DNA from: an uncultured Oscillospiraceae bacterium
GTDB lineage: Bacteria > Bacillota > Clostridia > Oscillospirales > Oscillospiraceae
Direction of reading: 5' to 3'
Assembly: GCA_964459785.1 (NCBI GenBank)
Contig: CAYWNW010000008.1
Location: forward strand, 1,443-65,442
Length of the DNA stretch: 64,000 nt
Of the stretch, positions 1 through 10,159 are shown in pieces (position 1 is the first letter of the stretch; every line of letters starts with the position of its first letter). Both the position numbers and the translations under genes were made by a program. Under the pieces are notes generated by a model. It saw only the letters and a list, made by a program, of their open reading frames with translations, was not told the origin of the DNA and searched no databases.

Positions 1-76
1 GCGCCTGTTATAAAATACAGCATCTCTACATTAACCTCCATTATTTATTGGTTTCTATCTATCCAATCCTTAAAAA

Positions 77-193
77 ACATCCAACCTGACCACACAACCT
101 CGGCGAAAGCCAAAAAAACATCTAACCTGACCACTCGTGAACGCTGACATCTAAATCGACCACTCGCCGAGCTATGACATCTAACCTGACCAC
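77..193 (+). repeat. Four direct copies of a 17-nt motif (77-93, 118-134, 147-163, 177-193)
   Basis: Read directly: ACATCCAACCTGACCAC, ACATCTAACCTGACCAC, ACATCTAAATCGACCAC, ACATCTAACCTGACCAC. All four are in the same orientation with start-to-start spacing of 41, 29 and 30 nt. They lie in non-coding DNA downstream of the rlmD-like gene at the window edge. Confidence 0.8.
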
Positions 194-315
194 TTGACTA
201 TCAAAACCCGCCTCTATGGACTTGTTCCCACGAACTGAAAAATCGCGATTTTCACTTAATGGGTTTCGTACCCATATGTGCTAAAAGCCTTGATATATAA
301 GGGCTTCTCGCACAC

Positions 316-1689
316 TCACTCTTTTACCCTTGACATCAATACTACCGTCTCAACGTGGCAGGTTCTGGGGAACATGTCAACGGCGGTACCCTTTATAAGC
401 AGATAGCCGCGCTCTGAAAAGAGCTTGAGGTCACGCGCAAGGGTGGCGGGGTCGCAGGATACATAGACTACTTTCTCGGGTGACATTTTCGCAATTTCGT
501 CAATCAGTTCGGGGGTAAGCCCCTTTCGCGGGGGGTCAACGACCACCGTGTCGGGACTGACTTCCGCGAGGGAGAGCTGTTTTGCGGCTTCGACCGCGTC
601 GCCGAGGAGAAACTCGGCGTTTTTTATTCCGTTTGCCTCGGCATTCTGCCGCGCGTTCAATATGGCGGAAGGCTCAATCTCGGCGCCGTAGACATATTTT
701 GCTCCGCGGGCAAGGCATAATGTTATGGTTCCTGCTCCGCAGTAAAGGTCGAGCACGATGCCCGCACCGCCCTCGCTTGCGTAATCGAGCGCGCGCATAT
801 AAAGCTTTTCCGCCTGAAGCGGATTAACCTGATAAAAGCTCATCGGCGAAATTTTAAAACGCAGACCGCACAGCTCGTCTTCAATTATTTCGCTGCCCCA
901 AAGCGTGTGGAAATCGCCGGAAAGCACCGTGTTGCCCTTTGACTTGTTAATGCACAGAACAATACCCGTAAGCTCGGGGCAATCCCCGCGCAGACAGTTA
1001 ATCAGCTCCTGCGTGTTTTCATGAAGACCGCGTGCTGAAACAACGCAGGCGACGGACTGCGGGGCTCGCATGCTGCAACGGATAAAAATACTGCGGATTT
1101 GCCCCTTGCCCGTGACTTCATCGTAAGCGGTAATGCCCGTTTTATCCATAAAACGACGCAGAGACGCCGCACAACGCACGGAAAGCTCCGTTTGAATAAG
1201 ACAGTCTTCAGCCGGGATTATACTGTGGCTGCGTTCACGGAAAAAGCCCGTAACCGCTTTGCCGCGCTCGTCTTGCCCGACGGCGAATATCGCTTTGTTC
1301 CGGTAGCGCAGAATTTCACCCTCGTCCGCACCGAGAATTTCTTCGATGTGAAAGGGAAGACCTGCCACGCGGCGGATAAGCTCGTTAACTCTGTCAAGCT
1401 TGAAACGAAGTTCTTCCTTGTAGCTCATGTGCATAAGATCACAGCCGCCGCACTTGCCGAAAATCGGACAGGCGCTTGAAATTCTCTCATCGGAAGGCTT
1501 AACAAGAGATAATCCCTTTGCGTAAACGGCGGAGGACGTAACTTTTAAAATCAGAAGCTCCCAGACTTCGCCGACAAGAGCCTTGTCCACAAAGACAGCT
1601 CTCCCCGCGATACGGCAGACGCCTGCGCCCGTGCTTGAATAGCCGGTTATCTCCGCCGTATATGTTTGGTTTTTGGCAAGCTCGTCCAT
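316..1689 (-). CDS. rlmD: 23S rRNA (uracil-5-)-methyltransferase, RumA/RlmD family (TRAM domain + Fe-S + SAM MTase)
   Basis: 457-aa ORF. It has an N-terminal TRAM-like segment, the Cys cluster CPIFGKCGGCDLMHM, the SAM motif DLYCGAGT, DPPRKG, and the catalytic VSCDPATLARD. Confidence 0.85.
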   Translation of the reverse strand: MDELAKNQTYTAEITGYSSTGAGVCRIAGRAVFVDKALVGEVWELLILKVTSSAVYAKGLSLVKPSDERISSACPIFGKCGGCDLMHMSYKEELRFKLDRVNELIRRVAGLPFHIEEILGADEGEILRYRNKAIFAVGQDERGKAVTGFFRERSHSIIPAEDCLIQTELSVRCAASLRRFMDKTGITAYDEVTGKGQIRSIFIRCSMRAPQSVACVVSARGLHENTQELINCLRGDCPELTGIVLCINKSKGNTVLSGDFHTLWGSEIIEDELCGLRFKISPMSFYQVNPLQAEKLYMRALDYASEGGAGIVLDLYCGAGTITLCLARGAKYVYGAEIEPSAILNARQNAEANGIKNAEFLLGDAVEAAKQLSLAEVSPDTVVVDPPRKGLTPELIDEIAKMSPEKVVYVSCDPATLARDLKLFSERGYLLIKGTAVDMFPRTCHVETVVLMSRVKE

Positions 1690-1940
1690 CGCGACCTCCG
1701 AAATAATTAGGGAATCTATTGATATAACCCTCGGAAATTCTATATGCAGCTATATAACTAAAACATTTTAACATAAATTCAGGCATATTTACACTTTATT
1801 TTTTCGTTACTTATGGTAGAATAAGCTCGGTCGGTTATAGCGGCTTTGCCGCTTGGACACGGTCCGACTACTAAAATATAAGATACAAATTCTGTACGTC
1901 ACGATGATTGCTTGAGTTTTTTCACCGAAAGGAATCCGAT

Positions 1941-3278
1941 ATGAAAGAAATACTGAAAGGCATACTGAGCATTTTTCTGGTCTTTCTCATAGGAATTCTC
2001 GGAGTTGTTGTTTATCTCAATTACAGCCAGCACGCTGAGCAGGAAAAAGCCCTGATTGCCGCGCAGGCAACTCCGGAACCGACACCGACTCCGACACCAA
2101 CACCCACGCCGACAGATACTGAGCCGACAAATGCCGCAAATGTCAAGCTCGCAGTCTGCGGTGACATTGTCGCGCACACGGGCATTAACGATGAGGCTAA
2201 AAAAGCGGACGGAACATATAATTACGTTTCGATTCTCGGCGGCTCCGGCAGCTTTGTTACGGCTGCAGATTATGCAATATGCACCATGGAAACAACCTTC
2301 CCCGACACGACGGCTTACAGCGGTTATCCGATGTTCAAGTCCCCCGCGTCACTTGCTTCAAGCCTTAAGGGTTTCGGCTTTGATATGATAAACACCGCTT
2401 CGAACCACTGCATGGACAGCCTCCAGCAGGGGCTTATACGCACGCTGGACGTCCTTGACCAGAATGGGCTTGACCATGTGGGTACCTATCGTACTCAGGA
2501 GGAGCGGGATAAGAACAACGGAATTGTCGTCAAGGACATAAACGGCGTAAGCTTCGCAATCTTGAGCTTTACCTACGGTACGAACGCGATTCCCGTTACG
2601 GGCTTTGAATATGCCGCCAATATCTTTATGAAGGACTATCTCACAACAGTTGAGGATATCGACTATGACAAGCTCGATGCCGACATGGCTGCTGCCCGCG
2701 CTCTAAATACGGACATGATTATCGTCATGATGCATTGGGGCAACGAGTATTACACGGAGCCTGTCGATTACCAGAAGGAGCTTGCCGACTACCTTTTTGC
2801 CGAGGGCGCTGACATTATTCTCGGAGGTCACTGCCATGTTCCCGAGCCTGTCGAACTGCGCCAGGTTATTGATAATGAGGGAAATAAAAAAACTGGGCTT
2901 ATCGCGTATTGCCTCGGCAACTATATTTCCTGTCAGGACGACAAATATACAAATCTTACGGCAGTTTTGAATATCGACATTCAGAAAAATCTCGACACGG
3001 GCGAAACCTATCTAAAAAATGTGAACTACGCGCCGATGTTTATGGTGGACCTAACGGATTACGGTATTAGTTCTGATTGGAGATACAGGCTATGGAACCT
3101 GCAGTCGGCCATAGCGGAATATCAGAGCGGAAACAATCTCGGCGTAATCAACGAATCGCTTTATAATTCCATGGTAACCGGACTTGAGGATATCCACAGT
3201 ATTATGGGTATTGATTTCGACTATTGCAATAACGGCGGCGTTGATGTTGCCAAATGGGAGCAGGAGAATATCGAATAA
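1941..3278 (+). CDS. CapA/PGA_cap family metallophosphatase-like membrane-anchored protein
   Basis: Start moved to the ATG at 1941 (MKEILKG), which follows GAAAGGAA. The protein has an N-terminal TM helix and a PT-rich linker (TPEPTPTPTPTPTPT). CapA-type motifs are VCGDIVAH, NTASNHCMD, HWGNEY and GGHCHV. Confidence 0.75.
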   Translation: MKEILKGILSIFLVFLIGILGVVVYLNYSQHAEQEKALIAAQATPEPTPTPTPTPTPTDTEPTNAANVKLAVCGDIVAHTGINDEAKKADGTYNYVSILGGSGSFVTAADYAICTMETTFPDTTAYSGYPMFKSPASLASSLKGFGFDMINTASNHCMDSLQQGLIRTLDVLDQNGLDHVGTYRTQEERDKNNGIVVKDINGVSFAILSFTYGTNAIPVTGFEYAANIFMKDYLTTVEDIDYDKLDADMAAARALNTDMIIVMMHWGNEYYTEPVDYQKELADYLFAEGADIILGGHCHVPEPVELRQVIDNEGNKKTGLIAYCLGNYISCQDDKYTNLTAVLNIDIQKNLDTGETYLKNVNYAPMFMVDLTDYGISSDWRYRLWNLQSAIAEYQSGNNLGVINESLYNSMVTGLEDIHSIMGIDFDYCNNGGVDVAKWEQENIE

Positions 3279-3283
3279 CTGCC

Positions 3284-4252
3284 TTAAAAAAGCAGAGGGT
3301 ATGCAAAATATGTAATGAGGGCGGACAAAACGCCGTGAAGCAGCTTTCCGAAAGTGTGCCGAGCGGGGGATAGTCCGCCCTCTCTTATTACCGCTGCCGC
3401 CTGCGCGTGAACCGAAACTCCGCCCCAACCGATTATCAGCGAACAAAGCGAGAGATTAACGGCGCTCACGCTAAGTCCTATAAGTGAGCTTGTTCCCGTA
3501 CCCAGCTCCAAAAAGCCCGTAAGCAAACTGCGAGAGAAATGAAGCTCTGTTTTTAAATACACTGATATTGCACCGCTGAGAGAGGAAAGAGTTCCGGCCT
3601 CTTCCAGAAGCCCGACGAGGACGCTGAAAAAAACGACAAAGCCACAGACCGTCACCATTGCGGCGGCAGCGCGCTTCACGCTGTCCGTAAACGCCTCAGA
3701 GAGACCGGCAGATTTCGCGGGGAGCGCGGGGGCGGGACTCTCGGCGTATCTTCCGCTTATCAGCACTCCTGTTAGAAACGCCGAAATTACATGGATTAGG
3801 TAAAGAAAAAATCCTATTTTTACGCTCCCGAAAACCGCGCTTCCGGCAACGGAGATTATAAAAGCGGGACCGCAGTTGTTGCAGAAGCCGAGAAGCCTTT
3901 CGGCTTCTTTTTTTTGCAGAGCTCCCTTCGCGTAAAGCTCCGAAACCGAAATGGCTCCAAGAGGATAGCCTCCCGCGATTCCGAGAAAAAATGCCGTGCT
4001 CCCCGTGCCGGAAACTCCGAACAGGCGTTTTGTAACGGGTGCGAAAACTTTGCCGAGCCTTTGCGGAAGACCAAGTCCCATAAGGACGTTGCTCAGCACC
4101 GCGAAGGGAAAAAGCGAAGGGATTATAACTCCGGAGCAAAGCAGAAGACCGGATTTCGCCCCGCCCGCGGCGGCAGTCGGACATATTATTAGCCCCAGCA
4201 ACGCGCATAGCGCCAATGAAACCGAAATGAAAAAAGAAACACGAGCCTTCAA
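3284..4252 (-). CDS. ylbJ: Sporulation integral membrane protein YlbJ-like (nucleoside-recognition/gate domain)
   Basis: Polytopic membrane ORF. TTG at 4250-4252 is preceded by AAAGGAGG, whereas the longer 4501 start would overlap the divergent yqfC. The gene sits next to yqfC/yqfD, as in other spore formers. Confidence 0.7.
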   Translation of the reverse strand: MKARVSFFISVSLALCALLGLIICPTAAAGGAKSGLLLCSGVIIPSLFPFAVLSNVLMGLGLPQRLGKVFAPVTKRLFGVSGTGSTAFFLGIAGGYPLGAISVSELYAKGALQKKEAERLLGFCNNCGPAFIISVAGSAVFGSVKIGFFLYLIHVISAFLTGVLISGRYAESPAPALPAKSAGLSEAFTDSVKRAAAAMVTVCGFVVFFSVLVGLLEEAGTLSSLSGAISVYLKTELHFSRSLLTGFLELGTGTSSLIGLSVSAVNLSLCSLIIGWGGVSVHAQAAAVIREGGLSPARHTFGKLLHGVLSALITYFAYPLLF

Positions 4253-4337
4253 AAAAACACCTCCTTTGAATCGGTAAATTGTATGTGTAAACAAGGGCGT
4301 ATTTTCCTTATTTTGCAATACTGCTAAAATAGGCCCT

Positions 4338-4640
4338 TTGCGCATAGACTTATCTGAGGTGGTGGATCGGTTGAAAAAAGCTGTGCGCAAACACCCGATA
4401 ACTGAGCGCTGCAGATTGCCTGCAGAGCTTGTGCCGGGCGTGCCCAGAGTGACTCTGTCAGGAACAAGTGAGGCACAGATTGAAAACCACGGCGGGCTCA
4501 AAAGCTATACCGAAGACCTGATTGAAATTCGGGGCAAAAACATGCTGGTGCAGATTCGCGGTGAGGATTTGGAGCTGACGGCGATGACGAAAACGGAGCT
4601 TGTGATTCGCGGAATTATTGTTGCGGTAGAGTTTTGCTAA
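4338..4640 (+). CDS. yqfC: Sporulation protein YqfC
   Basis: About 90-100 aa with the YqfC-like core (VPRVTLSGTSEAQIENHGGL...IRGEDLEL...LVIRG), immediately upstream of yqfD. The start is uncertain; an alternative TTG at 4371 follows GAGGTGG. Confidence 0.7.
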   Translation: MRIDLSEVVDRLKKAVRKHPITERCRLPAELVPGVPRVTLSGTSEAQIENHGGLKSYTEDLIEIRGKNMLVQIRGEDLELTAMTKTELVIRGIIVAVEFC

Positions 4641-4653
4641 AGGAGGGTGCTCT

Positions 4654-5886
4654 TTGGAAAGACTTTCTGACACGGCAAGGGGCTATGCCGTGATAAAAGC
4701 AGTCGGCGTCGAGCCAACCGGTATTATCGACCGCTGCGCGGCTGAAGGGCTTGAGTTCTGGGGCGCTAATCCCGAGGACGATTACACCCTTATTTTTCGC
4801 ACAAGACTTAATAAAGCACAGACAGTTCTGGGCTTTGCCGAAAAATGCGGCTGTGAGCTTGAAATCTTGGAAAAGCGCGGCGTACCTATCGAGGCAAAAA
4901 AGCTTAAACGCCGTTATGTGCTTTGGGGCCTGCCCCTTTTTTTACTCGCCCTGCTTGTTTTCTCATCTTTTTTTATCTGGAAAATCGATATTGAGGGAAA
5001 CAGTACCGTCAGCGATATAGAGATACTTAACGCGCTTGAGGACAGCGGGGTTTTTATCGGGAGCTTTTCTCCGAATTTTACAAGCGACAATATCCGAAGC
5101 CGCGTACTCATAAAAATTCCCGAGCTGAAGTGGATAAGCGTCAGTGTTTTCGGGTCGAGAGCACTAATTGAGGTTCGCGAGCGAACGGATATCCCCGAGC
5201 TTTTGGATGAAAACGAGGCTATCAAAGTCGTGGCAGAGCAGTCGGGCATAATAGAGAGAATGAATGTTCTGCGGGGCTTTCCGCTTTTCAAAAAGGGGCA
5301 AACGGCGGCGGAAAACGATACGCTGATTGACGGCGCCGTGCCGAGCACCTTCAATAAAACCGAGCTAATGCACGCCGAAGGCAGCGTTATAGCCCGGACT
5401 TGGTATGAGATCTGCGCCGTAATGCCGCTTGAATACAGCGAAAAAGTCTATTCTGGCGAGATAAAACACAGATTTGCGCTCATCGCCTTCGGCAATCGCA
5501 TAAATTTTTACCGTAACAGTAGAATTTTTGATACAAACTGTGATAATATCTTGAGGAAACAAACGCTCGGCATTAGTGGCTTTTTTGAGCTTCCTATTGC
5601 GCTTATGACCGAGAAGTCGCGCTTTTATGAGCTTGAAACCGCAAGCGTTTCGGAAGAAACGGCAAGGACGCTGCTGGAGGCGCGGGCAAACGAAGAACTG
5701 AGATCAAAAATCGGCGATGACGGCGAAATAATAAGCGCCGAATTTACCTTCAGCGTCATTGACGGCTTTGCCGTCGGGACGCTCCGTGCCGAGTGCAGAC
5801 AAAACATTGCCGCGGAAAAGGAAATGACCGCGGAGGAGATAAACGCGGCTATATCCGCCGGAGAGGAACAGAACACAGATGATTGA
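4654..5886 (+). CDS. yqfD: Sporulation protein YqfD (stage IV)
   Basis: 410-aa ORF with a TTG start 5 nt after AAAGGAGGG. It has a single central TM helix and conserved yqfC-yqfD-phoH synteny. Confidence 0.75.
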   Translation: MERLSDTARGYAVIKAVGVEPTGIIDRCAAEGLEFWGANPEDDYTLIFRTRLNKAQTVLGFAEKCGCELEILEKRGVPIEAKKLKRRYVLWGLPLFLLALLVFSSFFIWKIDIEGNSTVSDIEILNALEDSGVFIGSFSPNFTSDNIRSRVLIKIPELKWISVSVFGSRALIEVRERTDIPELLDENEAIKVVAEQSGIIERMNVLRGFPLFKKGQTAAENDTLIDGAVPSTFNKTELMHAEGSVIARTWYEICAVMPLEYSEKVYSGEIKHRFALIAFGNRINFYRNSRIFDTNCDNILRKQTLGISGFFELPIALMTEKSRFYELETASVSEETARTLLEARANEELRSKIGDDGEIISAEFTFSVIDGFAVGTLRAECRQNIAAEKEMTAEEINAAISAGEEQNTDD

Positions 5887-6910
5887 AAGAATTATGCCGG
5901 TTGACCGAATGGAGCAGATAATCAGCGTTTTCGGCTCATTTGACAGAAACATACACATTATCGAAACCGAGTTTGCCGTCAAGGTAATTGACAGGGAGGC
6001 GGAGCTTCATATAACGGGCGAAGCGGAAAATGTAATGTACGCCGAAAAGGCGATAACAGGGCTTTTGTCCCTTGCGGCTCGCGGAGAGAATATTGACGAG
6101 CAGAACGTTCGCTATATCAGCAAGCTCGTGCGCGAGGGCGCGGAGAGCCAGATCGATAAAATCGCGGGCGACGTTATCTGCATAACGAGCAAGGGCAAGC
6201 CCGTAAAGGCGAAAACCATCGGACAGAAGGAATATGTTGACGCGATTGCGAAAAACACGATAACGCTCGGCATAGGCCCCGCCGGAACGGGCAAGACCTA
6301 TCTCGCCGTCGCCGCGGCAGTTTCCTCTTTCCGCAATAAAGAGGTCAACCGCATTATCCTCACCCGTCCAGCGGTTGAAGCGGGGGAGCGGCTCGGCTTT
6401 CTGCCGGGTGATCTGCAAAGCAAGGTCGATCCCTATCTTCGCCCCCTTTACGACGCGCTTTTCGATATGCTCGGCACGGAAACCTATAACAAATACCTTG
6501 AGCGCGGCAACATTGAGGTTGCGCCCCTTGCCTATATGCGCGGCAGAACGCTTGACGACAGTTTTATAATTCTTGACGAGGCCCAGAACACAACGCCCGA
6601 GCAGATGAAGATGTTTTTAACCAGAATCGGCTTCGGCTCAAAGGTCGTTGTTACGGGAGATATTACGCAAATTGACCTCCCGGGGGACAAACCGAGCGGA
6701 CTTAAGGAAGCCATGAAGGTTTTAAAGGACATTGAGGACATCAAAATTTGCAGACTTACGGGCGCGGACGTTGTGCGTCATGTTCTTGTGCAGAGAATCA
6801 TCAAGGCATACGAGGAGCTGGATAAGAAGCGCGCCCAGCCCGCCCCGAAAACCGCTCCGTCCAAAAACACCGCTCAGAAAACATACAAGAGGAAAACCAA
6901 TGAAGCATAA
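5879..6910 (+). CDS. phoH: PhoH-family ATPase
   Basis: Walker A GPAGTGKT, Walker B FIILDEAQN, and the PhoH signature VVTGDITQIDLP. phoH-ybeY-dgkA-era synteny is conserved. Confidence 0.95.
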   Translation: MIERIMPVDRMEQIISVFGSFDRNIHIIETEFAVKVIDREAELHITGEAENVMYAEKAITGLLSLAARGENIDEQNVRYISKLVREGAESQIDKIAGDVICITSKGKPVKAKTIGQKEYVDAIAKNTITLGIGPAGTGKTYLAVAAAVSSFRNKEVNRIILTRPAVEAGERLGFLPGDLQSKVDPYLRPLYDALFDMLGTETYNKYLERGNIEVAPLAYMRGRTLDDSFIILDEAQNTTPEQMKMFLTRIGFGSKVVVTGDITQIDLPGDKPSGLKEAMKVLKDIEDIKICRLTGADVVRHVLVQRIIKAYEELDKKRAQPAPKTAPSKNTAQKTYKRKTNEA

Positions 6911-7397
6911 AGTGTATTTAACCCGTGAAAAGCGCGGTTTGGGTCAGCCCGCGGCAAGGCTTTTAATTGTCAAGGCGCTGAACGCCGCGCTGAACGCCGA
7001 AAACATTGAGCTTCCCTGTGAGGTAAGCGTTTTGCTTACCGACGATGAGGGCATTCGCAGGCTTAATAAGGAATTTCGGAATATTGACAGCGCGACGGAC
7101 GTGCTCTCCTTTCCTGCCAATGAGTTCGCCGCCGGCGCTTTTAATTCCGCTGAAGCAGAAAAAAACCTCACAAGCGGGCGAATCGTTCTCGGCGACATGG
7201 CGCTCTCGCTTGAGCGCGCTCACGCTCAGGGAGAGGAATTCGGACACGGCACAAAAAGGGAGATTCAGTATCTGACCGTACACAGCGTTCTGCACCTTGT
7301 CGGCTATGACCATGTTGACGAGGGCGAGGGAAAGCGCGCTATGCGTCAGCGTGAAAAGGAGATTATGGCTCGTATTGAGGGCGTGAGGGAAGAATGA
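6900..7397 (+). CDS. ybeY: rRNA maturation endoribonuclease YbeY
   Basis: ATG at 6900 (MKHKVYL) follows AAGAGGA. The metal-binding motif HSVLHLVGYDH is present. The gene overlaps the phoH stop. Confidence 0.9.
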   Translation: MKHKVYLTREKRGLGQPAARLLIVKALNAALNAENIELPCEVSVLLTDDEGIRRLNKEFRNIDSATDVLSFPANEFAAGAFNSAEAEKNLTSGRIVLGDMALSLERAHAQGEEFGHGTKREIQYLTVHSVLHLVGYDHVDEGEGKRAMRQREKEIMARIEGVREE

Positions 7398-7840
7398 AAA
7401 GTTTTGTTTACGCTTCTCACGGTTTTTTCGAAACGGTTCGGACGCAACGCAATATGCGTGTGCACCTTTGCTTTGCGTTCTATGTGATTTTAGCGGGGCT
7501 TGTCACGCACATTTCAAAATCCGAATGGGCGGCGGTGCTGATTTGTATAGGGCTTGTCACGGCGCTCGAGTGCCTTAACACCGCTTTAGAGAGTCTAAGC
7601 GACACGGTGCATCCCGAAAAGTGCGAGGGCATCAGGATAGCCAAGGACGCCTCCGCGGGAGCTGTGCTCGGCGCTGCTTTAATCGCAGCCGTCGTCGGCG
7701 GAATCGTGTTTTTTAACGGGCAAAAAATAAACGCGGCGCTGGAGTTTTTTGAAACGCAAACGGCGCTTTCGATACTGATAATACTTACGCTTGTACCCCT
7801 CGTAATTTTTGTTCGGGGCAGAAAGAGAGAAATTAAATGA
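7394..7840 (+). CDS. dgkA: Diacylglycerol/undecaprenol kinase
   Basis: 148-aa protein with three TM segments in the canonical ybeY-dgkA-era position. Its ends overlap the neighbouring genes (ATGA). Confidence 0.8.
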   Translation: MKSFVYASHGFFETVRTQRNMRVHLCFAFYVILAGLVTHISKSEWAAVLICIGLVTALECLNTALESLSDTVHPEKCEGIRIAKDASAGAVLGAALIAAVVGGIVFFNGQKINAALEFFETQTALSILIILTLVPLVIFVRGRKREIK

Positions 7841-8754
7841 GTAAAAAAGAACTGTCAGGCGACTATAAAACGAAGTCGGCGATGATTACCGTTGTGGGCC
7901 GCCCGAATGTCGGGAAATCCACCCTAACCAATACGCTTGTCGGTGAAAAAATCGCCATCGTGTCAAATAAACCGCAGACCACAAGAAACCGTATATGCGC
8001 TATTATTAACCGCGGCGACACGCAGATAGTGCTGCTCGATACCCCGGGCTTTCACAAGGCGAGGACCAAGCTCGGCGACTACATGGTCAAGGTCGTAAAC
8101 GAGAGCGTTGCTGATGTGGACGCGATTGTCCTCATGGTGGAGCCGATTGCCTCGGCGGGACCGCAGGAACTCGAGCTTATCGAAAAAATCAAGCAGAGCA
8201 AGTGTCCCGCCGTTCTGGTGATAAACAAAATCGACACCGTGCAAAAGGAGCAGCTTCTCGCCGTTATCGCGGCCTACTCCGCCCTTCATGATTTTGACGC
8301 GGTGGTTCCGATAAGCGCTAAAAAGCACGAGAACACGGACGAGCTGCTAAGCCAGCTCGAAAAATATGCCGCGCCCGGACCAAAGCTTTTCCCCGAAGAC
8401 GCGGTGACAGACCAGCCCGAAAGACAGGTTTGTGCCGAAATCGTCCGCGAGAAGCTTCTCAACTGTCTTGACAAGGAAATTCCGCACGGCACGGCTGTTG
8501 TCGTGACAAAGTTTTCCGAGCGCGAGGACACGGAGATAATAGACCTCGATGTCACGATTTATTGCGAAAAGGCGAGCCACAAGGGCATAATAATCGGGAA
8601 AAACGGCGAAATGCTCAAGAAAATCGGCGCTGCGGCTCGAGCTGACATCGAGAAATTCATGGGTACAAAGGTGTTCTTGCAGACATGGGTGAAGGTTAAG
8701 GACAATTGGCGCGACAGCGACAATCTTTTAAGAAATTTCGGTTACAGGGACTGA
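7837..8754 (+). CDS. era: GTPase Era
   Basis: G1 GRPNVGKST, G3 DTPG, G4 NKID, and a C-terminal KH domain (GIIIGKNGEMLKKIG). Confidence 0.95.
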   Translation: MSKKELSGDYKTKSAMITVVGRPNVGKSTLTNTLVGEKIAIVSNKPQTTRNRICAIINRGDTQIVLLDTPGFHKARTKLGDYMVKVVNESVADVDAIVLMVEPIASAGPQELELIEKIKQSKCPAVLVINKIDTVQKEQLLAVIAAYSALHDFDAVVPISAKKHENTDELLSQLEKYAAPGPKLFPEDAVTDQPERQVCAEIVREKLLNCLDKEIPHGTAVVVTKFSEREDTEIIDLDVTIYCEKASHKGIIIGKNGEMLKKIGAAARADIEKFMGTKVFLQTWVKVKDNWRDSDNLLRNFGYRD

Positions 8755-8868
8755 AAATCCATTGATTTGCATTCTCATAATTTTAATAAACGAGTAAAAA
8801 TTACCGAACAATTTTTCTCATAACGGACGAAGCGCGGGACATAATAAGTTCAGCGAGGTGAAGTCTTT

Positions 8869-9033
8869 ATGAAAGACTCCGGTCTTTGGGGAATGTTTTG
8901 CGAAACGGGCGAACCGTTCTGTTACCTTCTGTACAGGTCGGCTTTGAAAGAAAAAAAGAATAGGCCCGAAATTCCTCAGAGGGACACACTCGCTTTTGGC
9001 GGAACGGGTGAAAAACCCCGAGTCCGCTTTTGA
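8869..9033 (+). CDS. yqzL: YqzL-family small protein (54 aa, below the ORF-track cutoff)
   Basis: Hand-translated as MKDSGLWGMFCETGEPFCYLLYRSALKEKKNRPEIPQRDTLAFGGTGEKPRVRF. GAGGTG lies 10 nt upstream. The W..F..TG....YLLY pattern and the era-yqzL-recO position match Bacillus yqzL. Confidence 0.6.
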   Translation: MKDSGLWGMFCETGEPFCYLLYRSALKEKKNRPEIPQRDTLAFGGTGEKPRVRF

Positions 9034-9186
9034 GAGTAGCCGCGTCGGTTCGTGAAGAATTGTCTGCAAGCGGAGCGTCACAGCTTTGCAACGCGGGCAT
9101 GGTAAGTCGTTTTTCTCACCCTTATGGGAATACGAAAAAATGAATAATAAAAAATCACGAGCCGATGCGGCCGAGGTTTACATAAT

Positions 9187-9930
9187 ATGTTCAAAACAAC
9201 CAGAGCACTCGTCCTGAGAGAAGTAAAATATAAGGAAGCGGACAAAATTCTAACCGTACTCACCGAGGATGAGGGGAAGCTGACCGTTTCCGCCAGAGGC
9301 GTTATGCGCAGGGGCAGCAAAATTGCCGCTGCGTGTCAGTTTTTGACTTTTTCGGAGATGACGCTTTTCGAAAATCGCGGGAAATGGTATGTTGACGAGG
9401 CACAGACCGTTGAACAGTTTCTGGGCCTGCGCGAGGATATTGCGCTTCTGGCTCTCGGAACCTATTTTGCGGAGCTTCTGGAGGCGGTTTCAGACGAGGA
9501 CAGTCCGAATCCAGAGGTTTTGAGGCTGGGGCTTAACAGCCTTTACGCTCTCGGAAGCGGTTTGTACGCGCCGGAGCACATCAAGGCGGTTTTTGAGCTG
9601 CGTCTCATGTGCCTTTCGGGCTACGAGCCGGCTTTGGACTGCTGCCCCGTTTGCGGAAAAGAGGAAATGGATGTTCCCGTTTTCAGCACGCTCGGCGGAA
9701 CAGTTATCTGCGGGAAGTGCAGAAACTTAGAGTACGGCGAAACCTTTCCGCTCTGCGCGGCCTCCCTTGCCGCGATGAGGCACATCTCGGGCGCTGAAAA
9801 CAAGAAAATCTTTTCATTTTCATTGGATGACAAGGCGGCAAAGCGGCTTTACACCGTCTGCGAGGCCTATGTTTTAGCGCAGCTTGAGCGCAGGTTTTCC
9901 GCGCTCGATTATTGGAGAAGCGTGAAGTAA
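9187..9930 (+). CDS. recO: DNA repair protein RecO
   Basis: 247 aa with an N-terminal OB-fold segment and the zinc motif CPVCG...CGKC. It sits at the typical position after era. Confidence 0.9.
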   Translation: MFKTTRALVLREVKYKEADKILTVLTEDEGKLTVSARGVMRRGSKIAAACQFLTFSEMTLFENRGKWYVDEAQTVEQFLGLREDIALLALGTYFAELLEAVSDEDSPNPEVLRLGLNSLYALGSGLYAPEHIKAVFELRLMCLSGYEPALDCCPVCGKEEMDVPVFSTLGGTVICGKCRNLEYGETFPLCAASLAAMRHISGAENKKIFSFSLDDKAAKRLYTVCEAYVLAQLERRFSALDYWRSVK

Positions 9931-10144
9931 CGCTTTAGTTTTGTAATTACCCTTACCACGGAGAAAAATATGGAACTTGCATTTTCAAGACAAAACAATA
10001 AACATCTCATTGATAAGGTGTAGCAACGTTTTGCGGTTTTGTCGCCTACCGACAAATTCTCAGCTTAATATGCCTAACCGACAGAACAGAATCCTGTCTT
10101 TCTGACGTTTAAGATGTGCAATGTATTGAGTTGAGTGTTGGCTC

Positions 10145-10159
10145 GTTTTGTCGGTTTTA
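10145..10159. repeat. Left inner inverted repeat GTTTTGTCGGTTTTA
   Basis: Exact reverse complement of 21070-21084. Confidence 0.8.

Noticed and set aside
1780-1825. A possible extended -10 promoter (TGGTAGAAT at about 1813-1821) and a small hairpin (1830-1870) upstream of the capA-like gene.
   Set aside because: No -35 element lies at the proper spacing, and the hairpin matches no riboswitch class I recognise. This is insufficient support for a feature call.
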